43,197 nucleotides of DNA from a virus. Taxonomy: Duplodnaviria; Caudoviricetes. The position numbers and the translations under genes are program-made. Shown here one piece after another: positions 24,917-35,295 of the stretch (within the stretch, counting starts at the first letter, position 1; each line of letters starts with the position of its first letter). The notes under the pieces are model-generated. The model saw nothing but the letters and a program-made list of their open reading frames with translations. It had not been told where the DNA came from and ran no database searches. The stretch is taken from IMG/VR virus record IMGVR_UViG_3300034388_000016, positions 1 through 43,197 of that record, one strand, 5' to 3'.

Positions 24917-27259
24917 TTACCTCGCAAGTGCGTATTTGAAGGGAGCCTCGGCAAAGGCTGCGAAGATGTAGGTGCCGCCGACGCCATTCCACGCTGCGTT
25001 TACACCATCACGAATTTTGAAGCCGCTACTAGTGAAGTCAAGCGCGGCGATGCTGGCCTCCGCGTTACTGGCTGCCGGGATCAAGTACAGAGAAGACACG
25101 TTGCTGGAGTCGCGGGCGGCGTCAAAGACGTACCAATTTTGGGTGCCGTTACTTTGCTTAACCAACACATACCGCGGCCTAAACCCGCAGTACACAAACG
25201 GGCCATCAGCACTGCCGTTGCCTATATAGCTGCCGAACTTGGAATAGCCGGGGATTTCTGCGAAGCAGTAGGCCACGAAGTTATACGCCCCGAAAGCAGA
25301 GCCGGTCGTGAAAACGGAGCTGGTAGGCTCGGTGTCATTCCATGCCCCAGTCCCTGCCTGTTGCCCAATAGTATCGTTCAAGTATAGGAAGTAATTTGCG
25401 GACGGAAGTGACTTATGCCACACAAACCACCTAACCGTCCCTTCGGTTCTCGCTTTAAACAATACGAGCTTGGGCGCAACCCCCAGCCCATGCCCAACAG
25501 TGTAAACGGCGGCGGCCGGCTTGGAGAACGTAACGATGCTGAACCCAGCCTGCGTGTTCGCGCTCACCTGAGAGGTGATGCTGCCAGCGGTGTTGGTGAC
25601 GGCAGCGCCCCCTGCTTTCCATGCCCAACCAACGCTGCTACCAGCAGGTGCGACATACGTGGTTTCCGCCGCTGTCGTATTGCTTTGCAACACAGCAGAA
25701 CTTCCACGCACCGTGTCAATCAACTGATGATTGTTGACGTTGCCACGATCCTTGATCCACTCGAAGAAGTTGCTGGGGTATAGCGCCTCAGTGGTGGTCT
25801 TGATGTTCGCGCCAGTTGCCAGTGCGATGTTGAAGTGATCGCTGGGTTTGCTGATGGCAGGTGTTGGCAGGTTGCCAGTGTGCAGAGCTTTGAAGCCTGC
25901 TGGCGGTGTGTAGGCGAAGGGGCGCTGGCCGAAGTTTGCGTACACCGTGTTTCCGCAAACTTGATTCACCACGAAAAGACCAGCGGGCAAGGACGTGATA
26001 GTGGGGTTTGCTCCAGTAGCTGGGTTGCCGGTGGTCCCTCCTGCGCTGTCATACCAGACGTTATTTTTCCCCAGCCAAGCACGATTGTTCGTGCAATCTA
26101 ATGCGATCTGGAATACGTCACCAGCGCCAAGTGCAGCGCCAGAAATCGGCGTTGTTGCTCCGTTGGCGGAGAGGTGGAAGTTTCCCGCTGCGCCGCAGTA
26201 AAGAACCCAGGCGCCTGCAACTGCGTATAGGGTAGAGGCAAGGCTTGGAACGGCGGAACACAGCCCGAAGGAGACAATGTTACCTGATCCGCCGGCGATG
26301 CTGGCCGTGGATTCACCATAGAACAAACCCGAACTTGGGGCTACTACGGAAGATCGAACCCCTAGAAATGAAGAAGCACCATTGCTGGCAGCAAGATTTC
26401 CATCGGCTACGGTGCAGGCTTTATCCAACGGATTCAACGTGCAGTAATTCCCACGCTCATTCCCACCCCGCCCCAGTGGCACATCTAGCATCCAGTCATA
26501 CGTAGCACCAGCAGTCAAGCTGATGTTCGTGGCAGTCCAGTTGTTGCCATTGCCTGAGCGATCTTGCGTCAGCGTCGTGGTGCTGGTGCCATCGTTGAAC
26601 GGCAGATAGAACCCATTGGCGCCGTAAGTGCCTGTGTACTTCTTGGCAACCCACTGGCCTGTGGTAGGGCTGATTTCACCGAAGCTGGTGGGGGCGAGGG
26701 CTTGGCCGTCGATGAAGTTGACTTCGGAGAGGTAGCCGTCGAGGTAGAACGCCTGAGCCGGGGCGTTACCGAGATACTGAACATTGGTAGCTGCTGCTTG
26801 AATCGCCTGATTCAGCGCAGGGTAATTCATGGTTGCAAATGAAAGTTGCACCCCATTGTGGTACGCCTTAAATCTGTCGCTGGCAGTGGCCTGTGTTGAA
26901 TCGTACGCGAAAATGAAATGTGACCATGCCGAGGGGTCACGGAATGCAGCAGTCGTCCAGCCACCAGTCGCGCCTGATCCCTCGAAGAAGAATCTCAAGG
27001 TGTCTTGGTACAGCTCGGACAGGAATATGTTTGCGCTGGTCCCCGTGTTTCCGTTATACGCTAGCACTTGTCGAGCAGTTGTCGCATCAAGTGCCCCACG
27101 CTTGATTAAGAGTGACCACGTAAAAGTAGTGCTGCTCGTTGAAGGGGAGGTTAAAGTCCGCGATAGAAACGCACTCGCACTCCTGCGAAACCGCAAACTG
27201 CGATCAATCTGATAACTGCCTCCGCCACCAATGGCGTCAGCATTGCAAAGCATCGTCAT
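24917..27259 (-). CDS. Tail fibre / receptor-binding protein with LamG (ConA-like) and SPRY-like domains (780 aa)
   Basis: SLRF...TWS..IKRG, FRDPSAW.H, DGYLSEVNFIDG, DRSGNGNNWT, NYCTLNPL, NFGQRPF, GFRP, YIFAAFAE blocks; GGAGA RBS at 27259. Confidence 0.8.
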   Translation of the reverse strand: MTMLCNADAIGGGGSYQIDRSLRFRRSASAFLSRTLTSPSTSSTTFTWSLLIKRGALDATTARQVLAYNGNTGTSANIFLSELYQDTLRFFFEGSGATGGWTTAAFRDPSAWSHFIFAYDSTQATASDRFKAYHNGVQLSFATMNYPALNQAIQAAATNVQYLGNAPAQAFYLDGYLSEVNFIDGQALAPTSFGEISPTTGQWVAKKYTGTYGANGFYLPFNDGTSTTTLTQDRSGNGNNWTATNISLTAGATYDWMLDVPLGRGGNERGNYCTLNPLDKACTVADGNLAASNGASSFLGVRSSVVAPSSGLFYGESTASIAGGSGNIVSFGLCSAVPSLASTLYAVAGAWVLYCGAAGNFHLSANGATTPISGAALGAGDVFQIALDCTNNRAWLGKNNVWYDSAGGTTGNPATGANPTITSLPAGLFVVNQVCGNTVYANFGQRPFAYTPPAGFKALHTGNLPTPAISKPSDHFNIALATGANIKTTTEALYPSNFFEWIKDRGNVNNHQLIDTVRGSSAVLQSNTTAAETTYVAPAGSSVGWAWKAGGAAVTNTAGSITSQVSANTQAGFSIVTFSKPAAAVYTVGHGLGVAPKLVLFKARTEGTVRWFVWHKSLPSANYFLYLNDTIGQQAGTGAWNDTEPTSSVFTTGSAFGAYNFVAYCFAEIPGYSKFGSYIGNGSADGPFVYCGFRPRYVLVKQSNGTQNWYVFDAARDSSNVSSLYLIPAASNAEASIAALDFTSSGFKIRDGVNAAWNGVGGTYIFAAFAEAPFKYALAR

Positions 27260-28338
27260 GCCAGATTCTCCGAAACAGTCACATAGACGTTCGTGCCATT
27301 GCAGTAGTAGGCGCACTTGTAAGTGCCTGTGGCGCTGATAGCAGCGAGACTGGCTGCGCTGATCTTGGTCGTGACTGCTGCTGCGATGGCGTAATTGGCG
27401 CCGTTGACGAGAATGATGATGCCGCTCTGGCCTGTTGCTGCTGCGATGTTGGTGAAGGTGAGCGTGCCGCCAGCGGTGGGTGTGCAGTTGAATGTCTGCG
27501 CTGCGTTCAGATCAAAGCTGAGATCAGCATCCACCAGGGGGGTAGATCGTTGCGATCCTGCCCAGCTTTGATCCTGCGCCAGCAAGTCAAAGTTCTCCCA
27601 GACAAGATTGTCAGCACGCCGGCGAATCATCTGCCCAGCAGCAGCAGCAGTAATCAGTACGTCATGCAGCTCCTCCAGCTCATGCCCGTTCTGCACGTTC
27701 ACATAAATCACACCTGCGCTGGGGTGAGCATAAATACAGTAGCCAAGAAAGACTGCGTGATTAGGCGCCGACGGGCGAGCCGTTGTGATGGTTCCCGGCG
27801 TGCCAGCCGATAACCAGAGCGCGTCGCCATCGACAAAATCACTGGTATCAAGACTCACGAACAGGCCACCAGTCACGACATAGCCAACATCATTGTTGGC
27901 AATATCAGCCAGTACAAGGCCAAGTGTTTTGCCTGACGTAGCTTCAGCGTCAGCGTCAGCCAGCATGATAGTGGGCACCTGGCCCGTGGCGCCGTTCACA
28001 TAGACAGCACTGCGCTTGGTAATCGCAGCGCCAGTAGAGTTCCTCACTCGCAGCATGAACGGTTGTCCAAGCTGCTGCTTGTTGCCACCCTCATCGTAAT
28101 AAGCTGGAGCACCAGCAGCTTCATCCCAGAAGAGCCGGCCACTTACACCACTACTTGCAGGATCAGGAAGGAAGCGCAGCAGATCAATGTAAGCAGACGT
28201 GCCAACAGTGCCAATTGTGGCATTGGCAAGAATCTGCTGGAGATAGGCTTTGAGTGCGCGGAACTCAAGCGCCGCAGACTCGACAGGCTGACTTGCTACT
28301 GGTTGAGTAACTTCTGTTGCGTTAGGTACGTAGGGCAT
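27256..28338 (-). CDS. Tail fibre adaptor / proximal fibre protein (360 aa)
   Basis: N-terminal virion-attachment helix, beta domain (LWLSAGTPG), LEELHDV linker; between the adaptor and fibre genes. Confidence 0.65.
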   Translation of the reverse strand: MPYVPNATEVTQPVASQPVESAALEFRALKAYLQQILANATIGTVGTSAYIDLLRFLPDPASSGVSGRLFWDEAAGAPAYYDEGGNKQQLGQPFMLRVRNSTGAAITKRSAVYVNGATGQVPTIMLADADAEATSGKTLGLVLADIANNDVGYVVTGGLFVSLDTSDFVDGDALWLSAGTPGTITTARPSAPNHAVFLGYCIYAHPSAGVIYVNVQNGHELEELHDVLITAAAAGQMIRRRADNLVWENFDLLAQDQSWAGSQRSTPLVDADLSFDLNAAQTFNCTPTAGGTLTFTNIAAATGQSGIIILVNGANYAIAAAVTTKISAASLAAISATGTYKCAYYCNGTNVYVTVSENLA

Positions 28339-28349
28339 TTCAATGATCC

Positions 28350-28952
28350 TTAGGAAACAGAGCCGACCAGATAGTCAGACAGAAGCTGCTCTTTGAAAGG
28401 CTGCACATGAACCTTGTTGGCATCTGCTGCCATCTCAGCAAAGCCAGAGCGTGCCCATACAATGGCAGAGGCCCAAAGAGCAAGCTCGTCTGGGTGATTG
28501 TCTGCAATCCAGCTGGCGTAGGTAGCCTCAGCTACATCGGGATTCTGGTAGTAGAAAACTTCCAAGTTGCCGGTCGCAGCCGTTGGGTAGATGCGCAAGG
28601 TGTCGCCGATGCGCGTGAAGATATGCTGACGACGGTTGTTGTCCTTGTCATATACGTCATCGTTCGTGCGGTATTCCAGCTCTTCCGCCGGGGCGCCAGA
28701 CGCGTCCAGACAGCGAAGAAGTTGAAAGGCCCGCAAGCGCAAGATGCTGCCAGAGATATTAGGCAGATCGTAGTACAGTGCGCTGGAAGATGGCGAATAT
28801 GACAAGGGCGCGATGGCAAGGTCGCGCTCAAAGAAGTCAGTGTGATGCGCACGCAACGTTGCCACGCGAATAGCAGCATCAGTCTGAGCAACCAGTTCAG
28901 GCCGCTTAGTCTGTGCTATTACTAGCGTTCTCATTTCCGCAAACGTTGTCAT
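28350..28952 (-). CDS. Head-tail adaptor (tail tubular protein A-like, 200 aa)
   Basis: Size, position after the capsid, MTTFAEM start and LRIYP motif. Confidence 0.6.
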   Translation of the reverse strand: MTTFAEMRTLVIAQTKRPELVAQTDAAIRVATLRAHHTDFFERDLAIAPLSYSPSSSALYYDLPNISGSILRLRAFQLLRCLDASGAPAEELEYRTNDDVYDKDNNRRQHIFTRIGDTLRIYPTAATGNLEVFYYQNPDVAEATYASWIADNHPDELALWASAIVWARSGFAEMAADANKVHVQPFKEQLLSDYLVGSVS

Positions 28953-28977
28953 GGCATCACACTCCGTAGTTCAAGGG

Positions 28978-29373
28978 TTACTCAGCAATGTCAGGGCCAG
29001 CTGCATCAGCTGCTGCCACTTTGGCAGGCGCGGCGATCAGGCCTTCCTTACTTGCATGAGTGTAAATCTGCGAGGCAGCTTTGTCAGCCACCTTATCCAG
29101 CTCCGCGATGATGGCAGGGTCAGATGTAGTGAACAGGCCACCCAGGAAGTGCACTTCAAGGCCATCAGGCATGATGAAGCGGGCACCTTGGCAGGAATGG
29201 CGATAGGTGCGCGCATTCTTGTCAGTGAGGGAGGTTTGCGTGTTGGTGACGACTTCACCGACGCGAACAGTTTGCGGCGCCGCAGGTTGAGCAGCAAGGG
29301 CAGCTTGCGCTTTTGCTGCAGCCTGTGCAGCAGGATTGAGAGTGTTGGTCGAGTTGACAGTACCGACAGCCAT
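28978..29373 (-). CDS. Hypothetical virion-associated protein (131 aa)
   Basis: GGAGA RBS, follows the capsid gene. Confidence 0.7.
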   Translation of the reverse strand: MAVGTVNSTNTLNPAAQAAAKAQAALAAQPAAPQTVRVGEVVTNTQTSLTDKNARTYRHSCQGARFIMPDGLEVHFLGGLFTTSDPAIIAELDKVADKAASQIYTHASKEGLIAAPAKVAAADAAGPDIAE

Positions 29374-29432
29374 GATGTTTCTCCAGAAAGTTTGGTTGGT
29401 GATTGGAATTTGCTAGCAAGTGCTGGCACGGG

Positions 29433-29454
29433 AAAAGGGGGCCGAAGCCCCCTT
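29433..29454 (-). terminator. Terminator after the major capsid gene
   Basis: Minus strand AAGGGGGC-TTCG-GCCCCCTT-TT. Confidence 0.85.
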
Positions 29455-29487
29455 GTCTTGAGTTGCCTCTTTCGAGGCCTTCAGCTG

Positions 29488-30696
29488 TTAGCCTTGTGCG
29501 CCAGCCGTGAAGTTGTAAATGATGCCGAACGCAGCCGGATTCTTGATCGTACTGGTCAGCTCAGTGGTCAGCGTGCCGCCTTCAGCATCCAGGCCGTTGT
29601 CAACCACAGCACCGGAGGCGTTGTAGTTGGCATCGCTGGTCTTGCGCAGATAGGCCAGAGAGAAGGCGTTCAGATCACAGACCACGGCCATCTTGGCCCA
29701 CGGAGCAGCAGCACCGAAACCATTGAACAGCGGGTGCTCAATCATTTCGAAAGTACCGCGCGGCGTGCGGATGGTGTCAATCTGCAGGCCCCAAGCAGTC
29801 TCGCTGCTAGTGATCTGGTAGGTGGCGTTCAGACGAGCAATCGCATGAATCACGCGGCGAGCAGTACCTCCGACGAACATCGTGCGGATGTTGCCGCCCT
29901 TCGGATCAGTCACAGTTTGCAGGCACGGATCGAGAGCAGCTTCCAGCTGAGTCCAGTTGGTAGTAGCCCCCAGCGTGGTCACGTTGCCAGCAGCAGCAGC
30001 GGTGACACGCGGAATGATACCTTCCATGGTGTGCAGCGGCTGGCCATTGCGGGTGCCCATGAACTTCTGGCCGAAGAACAGAGCCTTCTCGATTGCCATC
30101 GCATGCAGTGCAGCACAGTCTTGCTTGCTTTCGCCGACGTAACCAGCGCCTGCGATCTGCGGAATGGCAGCAGCAGTCTTGGAGACTGCCCAGGAATTGC
30201 GGAAGATCTGGGTGTAGTTGACGTAGCGCGCGGCGACGATGCTGACAGCCGACGGACGGGTGCTGGCTTCTTCGTGCGCATTGCCGATGGAGCGCAGAAC
30301 TTCACCGCTGGCCATTGCAGCGGCAGCAGTGGAGCCGACGCCGCGCATGACAGCAATGTGAGTTGCATCAGTCAGTGCAGTCACCAGGACGATCTCGCCA
30401 GTGGTCTGGTTCCACAGCAGTTCGCCAACAGGAATGTTGTCGTAGGCGGCCACGGTGAAGGCAGTGGCGACACCGTCGGCAACAGCAGCGCCGAGAGTCA
30501 CAGACGGGAAGATCATCGACTTGCTGAAGTAGCCATGCTCGATGTTGCTGGCAGTCTCATCTTTCAGGAGCGAGGTGAGGCCAAACAGCGGAGCAGAACC
30601 ATTCGGCATGAGCCGAGTGATGGCAGAGGCAAACGAGATACCATTGAGGTTGCTCGGTTGCGTAGGGGTAGCAGAAGAAATCAGACCGACAGCCAT
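29488..30696 (-). CDS. Major capsid protein (DUF5309/SU10-like, with a beta insertion domain)
   Basis: NYTQIF, AIEKALFFG, MEGI, TPRGTF..IEHP motifs; strong codon bias; follows the scaffold and precedes a terminator. Confidence 0.88.
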   Translation of the reverse strand: MAVGLISSATPTQPSNLNGISFASAITRLMPNGSAPLFGLTSLLKDETASNIEHGYFSKSMIFPSVTLGAAVADGVATAFTVAAYDNIPVGELLWNQTTGEIVLVTALTDATHIAVMRGVGSTAAAAMASGEVLRSIGNAHEEASTRPSAVSIVAARYVNYTQIFRNSWAVSKTAAAIPQIAGAGYVGESKQDCAALHAMAIEKALFFGQKFMGTRNGQPLHTMEGIIPRVTAAAAGNVTTLGATTNWTQLEAALDPCLQTVTDPKGGNIRTMFVGGTARRVIHAIARLNATYQITSSETAWGLQIDTIRTPRGTFEMIEHPLFNGFGAAAPWAKMAVVCDLNAFSLAYLRKTSDANYNASGAVVDNGLDAEGGTLTTELTSTIKNPAAFGIIYNFTAGAQG

Positions 30697-30742
30697 GATA
30701 GTTTCCTTTCAAAGAAATGAGGCTTATTGAGAAGAGAAGAGA

Positions 30743-31513
30743 TTACTGCTCAAGAAGGTAAGCGAAATCACCTTGCTTGTTCTGGTTGGCAGAAGCGTCT
30801 TGGGAGGAAGTGTTGGGGTTCAGTGCAGTTGCCATCTGCGTGAAGTATGCTTCAGCTTGCTGTTGCACTTCAGAGGGAGCCAGGTTGGGGTTGGATGCTG
30901 CGATCTGCATCTTCACTGCGTTGAGCACAGGTGCCACAGCGGGGTGAGTCAGAGTTGCATTGGATGTATTTTGATTGCGAAGTTGCAAATCACGGAAGCG
31001 CGAATCCAGCGTAGAGCTCAGGCGATCAGCTCCAGTGCGTACGCCGTTCTCAACAAGGCCGTGCGAGAGCTGAGCTGCTGCTGCGAAAGCTTCACGCGCC
31101 GCAGTATTGATGACTTCACTGAAGGCATTGACATCACCTTGCAGTGCAGCTTGCATGCGCTCTTGCGGAATGTTGGCAGCGAAGTTGGCAGTTGCAATCT
31201 GCTGTTTGAAAGCAGCAGGATCAAGCGGGCCGAGGATGGGATCAGCCATCGTAGGTGCCTTCTTGGCATTGGGATCAGCTGCTTTCGGTGCGAACAGATT
31301 CGTGAAAGCATCGAGGCCAGTTGCGGGGGCTGCTTGCGGACCACCTGCTGGTGCGGCGCCGGACTGGCCATTCATGGCAGCAGGATTGGCGGCAGGGTTT
31401 GCAGGTGATTGCTGCTGACTGGCAGGGCCACCTTGCGATGGTTGCTGCGCAGCTGCCGGAGCAGGAGTGGTTGGTTTCGGGGCGGTGCCGAAGATGCCAG
31501 GAAGAAAGGCCAT
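30743..31513 (-). CDS. Capsid scaffolding protein (putative)
   Basis: Pro/Ala/Gln-rich N-terminus and helical body, immediately upstream of the capsid gene. Confidence 0.65.
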   Translation of the reverse strand: MAFLPGIFGTAPKPTTPAPAAAQQPSQGGPASQQQSPANPAANPAAMNGQSGAAPAGGPQAAPATGLDAFTNLFAPKAADPNAKKAPTMADPILGPLDPAAFKQQIATANFAANIPQERMQAALQGDVNAFSEVINTAAREAFAAAAQLSHGLVENGVRTGADRLSSTLDSRFRDLQLRNQNTSNATLTHPAVAPVLNAVKMQIAASNPNLAPSEVQQQAEAYFTQMATALNPNTSSQDASANQNKQGDFAYLLEQ

Positions 31514-31515
31514 GA

Positions 31516-31812
31516 TTACTCTCCAGAGTTGGTAGTTGGTTGGTTTGCTTGGTGGTCCACGAGCTCTGCAAGGAGCTCTTCATAAGCACCTACGTAATTA
31601 CGCAGGCGTTCATGCTCGATGATAGCTTTCACTTGCTTTGCCGGATCGGCTTCGTAAGGAAGGCTAGATTCAACAAGTTGATTGGCGTATGCTTCAATCT
31701 TGTTTTGTAGGTAGGCCAGGAAGTAGGGGTTTGCTGACATGGCGATGTTGAGTTCATCCGCTGTCAACGCTACCCGGAAGAATCGACTTCCTGTATCTTG
31801 TTTCGTGCTCAT
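31516..31812 (-). CDS. Hypothetical protein (98 aa)
   Basis: ORF between portal and scaffold. Confidence 0.7.
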   Translation of the reverse strand: MSTKQDTGSRFFRVALTADELNIAMSANPYFLAYLQNKIEAYANQLVESSLPYEADPAKQVKAIIEHERLRNYVGAYEELLAELVDHQANQPTTNSGE

Positions 31813-31837
31813 GTTATTCTTTCAGAGTCTGCTGGTT

Positions 31838-33757
31838 TCAGGGCATCGCGGGGCCAGGTGCAGGAGGATTCGTAGCTGCTGTCGTCTGTGCGAGAGTTCC
31901 GAGGAACTGCTGCTGCTGCTCAGGATTGCGCTTGAAGTCTTCCAGCCAGTAGGCGCCACGCAGTTTAGCCCAATAGAGGAACATGCCCATCACGTCATAC
32001 TCAGTTGCGACGGCAGGCAGAGCCTGAGCAGTCTGCATGAACACGGTCAGCAGCTCGCTGTTCATCATCTTATCTGCGGGCAACATACCATCAGTCATCT
32101 TGAATTCGAGGATACTCTCGCGCAGCTTGACTGGATCGACTTCAACTTCTTTGCGCTCACTGCGATTGAGCATCTTGGCAGCTGGTTGGAACTGCAAGGT
32201 GTTGTCACGAATCGTCTCTTTAACAGGATTCATGAACTGATGCTCAATCACCATCGAGCTGAGCTGCTGGCGACTATTGCTGTTGCTCATTGTCTCGGTG
32301 AATTCCGTCTTGGTCTTGTTGCCTTTCTGGAACTGCCCGCGATCAACTTTATTTTGCCCTGCGGCGCTATCTGCCATTTGCGAAATCATTTCGCTCATTT
32401 GCAGATTGGCACTGCTGTTATCTTCCCGATAGGGAATCTGATAGACAGCGCGGGCAATGGCATTGTCATCTTTAGCCATCGCCACATTGCGCAGCGGGAT
32501 GCGACTGACACTGCTGACAGCATCAATGTCCTTCTTGTCGATCATGCGCGGATTGTAGATCAGACGATCAAAGATCAGTCGGCGCTTGGATTCCAGAGAG
32601 ATATTCCATAGCGAACTGCTCATGTCTTGGAAGGGCAGAGCGTTGTCCAGCATGGATTGCGTCTGATAGCCCAGACCATCTTCATTGGGCTGCATGATAA
32701 ATGCAGGCAGGAAGTCATGTGCAGTATTCACCTCCTCAACGAAGAGTACATGGTTCCAGTTGATAATGATGCCCTTGTACACCTTGACTTGATTGCCACG
32801 GCCACCAAAGTCAGATGGCAGCGCGCGGCAGTAGAAACGCGTGATGACGTAGTTGTTCTTGTAGTCAATCTTGTTCTGATTGTTGAAGCCAGGCAAGCCC
32901 ATCCAAGTACCCCAGTTATCTGTGGTGTATTGGGCAGAACCAAGATCAAGATACTGATTGATGGTGGGATGATGGTAACCAAGTCCAGTTGAGGCGTCTG
33001 CGGATGCGCCGGCAAACCTGGATTCCAGTGCCTCCTTGGCTGAGGTGGTCTTTTGGGAATCAAGGACGGAGATAAGACGTTTCAGTTGCACGCGGCTGAT
33101 GATCTCATTGTAGCCAAAGAATTCACCATCAGAGTGCATGTTCCCAGGCTGCACTGTCATGTCCATGAAGCAGTTGTAGGGATCGACGCGCGTGATGCAG
33201 TTGCCGCCGTAGCTGTACTCTTTCAGGCGGGCCATGCCAGCAGCTGTGATGTTCGTATCTGTAACTATCTGCTTGAGTGGGGTATTCTTCCACTCCACGA
33301 TGGCAGCGCCAAAGTTATATTTGAAGCCATCACGGAACACCTTGATGAGTTCTCGTGCCCAGCCATATTTGATGCTCTGATCCCCCATCGCAGTCTCAAA
33401 CTGCATTGCTGCGTCCATATTGCCGGGATAGCTGACGACGCCAAAGATAGGATTGCTGGTGAGATAGACGCCGGCTTGGTAAGCGACAGCAGACTCCACC
33501 TGCGGCATCACGATGGGGACAGTAATGTCCTGAATCTTGCGAGCATCACCACTCATGTTACTGCGCACAGCCTTGATGTGCTCAGCAGTCGTGTTGAGTT
33601 GCCGCTGATAAGCACGATCACGATAACGCAGCAGCGTACGGAAATCTGAGCGAGCAGAATTGTGACGCTCAGCACAGCTCTTTGCGTAGGCTAGGAATTC
33701 CTGGCGCTGAGCAATGGTGAGCGTGTTGACAATGCTGATGGGAGATGTTGTTGCCAT
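31838..33757 (-). CDS. Portal protein
   Basis: 639 aa directly after TerL; VDPYNCFMD, G....KGNKTKTEF and Gln/Pro tail typical of podovirus portals. Confidence 0.85.
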   Translation of the reverse strand: MATTSPISIVNTLTIAQRQEFLAYAKSCAERHNSARSDFRTLLRYRDRAYQRQLNTTAEHIKAVRSNMSGDARKIQDITVPIVMPQVESAVAYQAGVYLTSNPIFGVVSYPGNMDAAMQFETAMGDQSIKYGWARELIKVFRDGFKYNFGAAIVEWKNTPLKQIVTDTNITAAGMARLKEYSYGGNCITRVDPYNCFMDMTVQPGNMHSDGEFFGYNEIISRVQLKRLISVLDSQKTTSAKEALESRFAGASADASTGLGYHHPTINQYLDLGSAQYTTDNWGTWMGLPGFNNQNKIDYKNNYVITRFYCRALPSDFGGRGNQVKVYKGIIINWNHVLFVEEVNTAHDFLPAFIMQPNEDGLGYQTQSMLDNALPFQDMSSSLWNISLESKRRLIFDRLIYNPRMIDKKDIDAVSSVSRIPLRNVAMAKDDNAIARAVYQIPYREDNSSANLQMSEMISQMADSAAGQNKVDRGQFQKGNKTKTEFTETMSNSNSRQQLSSMVIEHQFMNPVKETIRDNTLQFQPAAKMLNRSERKEVEVDPVKLRESILEFKMTDGMLPADKMMNSELLTVFMQTAQALPAVATEYDVMGMFLYWAKLRGAYWLEDFKRNPEQQQQFLGTLAQTTAATNPPAPGPAMP

Positions 33758-33798
33758 GTTCTTTCCACGGTTGGAAGGTGTACGGAGACGCCGAGGCG

Positions 33799-35295
33799 CT
33801 AGAAGGATAGAGTCAGTGTATCAGAGTGCGCTGCCATGCCCACGTGAGAATCCACCTCGAATGTGTTCTTAACAATGAGTGTGTCGTAATCCTGCATAAC
33901 CTCTTCTACGTAGCCGATGGGGTCAATCACGTCATCGCGGTTATTGATCTTAAGTGGATTCCACTCGGTGTACTGAGATAGCACGATGCTGCGCACATTC
34001 GGATGGAGATAAATTTCTCCTGCTAGCAGTTTGAGTGCGCCCTTCTTGATGCGGTTGTTCTTGGCACGGCCCTTCGGCGACGTTGGCATGAACTCGAAAC
34101 CAGAGATTCCCTCGTCTTCGCAATACTTATTAAACCAGAAGAGAAGAGTTGACTGGTAGGCAACATCCTCCACACAGATAAGGCGAGTATTTCTTGCCAT
34201 TCCCATGCGCAGAGCTTCCTTGATGGTTTCTAGTGGGCTGAATGTTCCAGCCTTTAGCTCGTCAAAGATGGGCTTGCCATCAATTACAGAGTAGTGCTCA
34301 ATGGTCAGATCGTCGGATGTTTTCTTGCCAGAGGAAGGATCAATGAGGATGAAGCTGCCATCTGCGCCATCTTCTGCAAGAATATCAGCATACCAGACTG
34401 GCAGATGTGGAATCTTGCTGATGTCAATGCCAGATGGCGGTGCGATCTCTGTGGAGTTAAGCACCTCGCTGATGAAGATTTCAGGATGGCCCATCTCACT
34501 ATCTGCCTGATATTCAGCAAGCAACTCTTCCACGGGCTTGAGTTCTTCCCACAGGCTGGTGCCATCATCAAGAATCCCGCCGACGATAAAGCTAGTCCAC
34601 TGAGTATTGTTCTTAAGCTTCTCAAGAATGCAGTTCGTCGGGTACATATTGCCAACGTAGATGTACGTACAGCCGTCGTTACTGCGAGCTTTCATCAGAG
34701 TGCCAAGCACCCACTTCAGGAGCTGATCGCTGAGTTCTGGATTCTCACTGTCTTCTTTTTTCTGAATGTCATCCATGATGATGACGTCAGGGCGCGCAGA
34801 TTTCCTGTTGATGCCTCGCACGGCTGTTCCGGCGCCGATAGCCTTGAGGATGATGGTGCGTCCACGGAAATGAAATACCTTCTGCTCCTTGGTGTCCTCT
34901 TCAATCTGTGATTGCCAGTTTCCAAACAAGATGCGAATATTGCGAGAGGACAGCATATCGCAGATGTCAGCCAGCGTGTTGGTGGCCAGCTTCTCTGCAG
35001 CGCCTACAATCAATATGAACTTGCGATTGGAGAAAAGAATGTACCAGAGGCAGAGCAGCTTGATAAATGTCGTCTTTGCAAAGCCGCGAGGAATGCCGAT
35101 GGCAAAGCGTTCAATCTTATTCTTGAAAGCGGTGAGTATCTGGAAGATGGCAAGATAGAAAGCTGGGAAGCTGAAGACGAATTCCTCTGGCGATGTGAGC
35201 ATCGAGAAGAAGTTGAAGTCGCGGCGTGCCATCTCAATGGCGGTAGCGCCATCGGTTGCAACATCCGTGAGTTCTGTGGTGTTTGCTGCTGTCAC
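33799..35295 (-). CDS. terL: Terminase large subunit
   Basis: PRGFAKTT Walker A, VRG, RPDVIIMDD Walker B, VGN coupling motif, nuclease LIDPS...VED...DDVID. Confidence 0.93.
   Translation of the reverse strand: MTAANTTELTDVATDGATAIEMARRDFNFFSMLTSPEEFVFSFPAFYLAIFQILTAFKNKIERFAIGIPRGFAKTTFIKLLCLWYILFSNRKFILIVGAAEKLATNTLADICDMLSSRNIRILFGNWQSQIEEDTKEQKVFHFRGRTIILKAIGAGTAVRGINRKSARPDVIIMDDIQKKEDSENPELSDQLLKWVLGTLMKARSNDGCTYIYVGNMYPTNCILEKLKNNTQWTSFIVGGILDDGTSLWEELKPVEELLAEYQADSEMGHPEIFISEVLNSTEIAPPSGIDISKIPHLPVWYADILAEDGADGSFILIDPSSGKKTSDDLTIEHYSVIDGKPIFDELKAGTFSPLETIKEALRMGMARNTRLICVEDVAYQSTLLFWFNKYCEDEGISGFEFMPTSPKGRAKNNRIKKGALKLLAGEIYLHPNVRSIVLSQYTEWNPLKINNRDDVIDPIGYVEEVMQDYDTLIVKNTFEVDSHVGMAAHSDTLTLSF

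Noticed and set aside
24917-27259. Diversity-generating retroelement targeting the fibre
   Set aside because: No reverse transcriptase and no TR/VR near-duplicate seen
28951-30720. 589-aa + strand ORF antisense to the capsid gene
   Set aside because: Shadow ORF expected from strong codon bias on the coding strand; no RBS context or protein-like motifs
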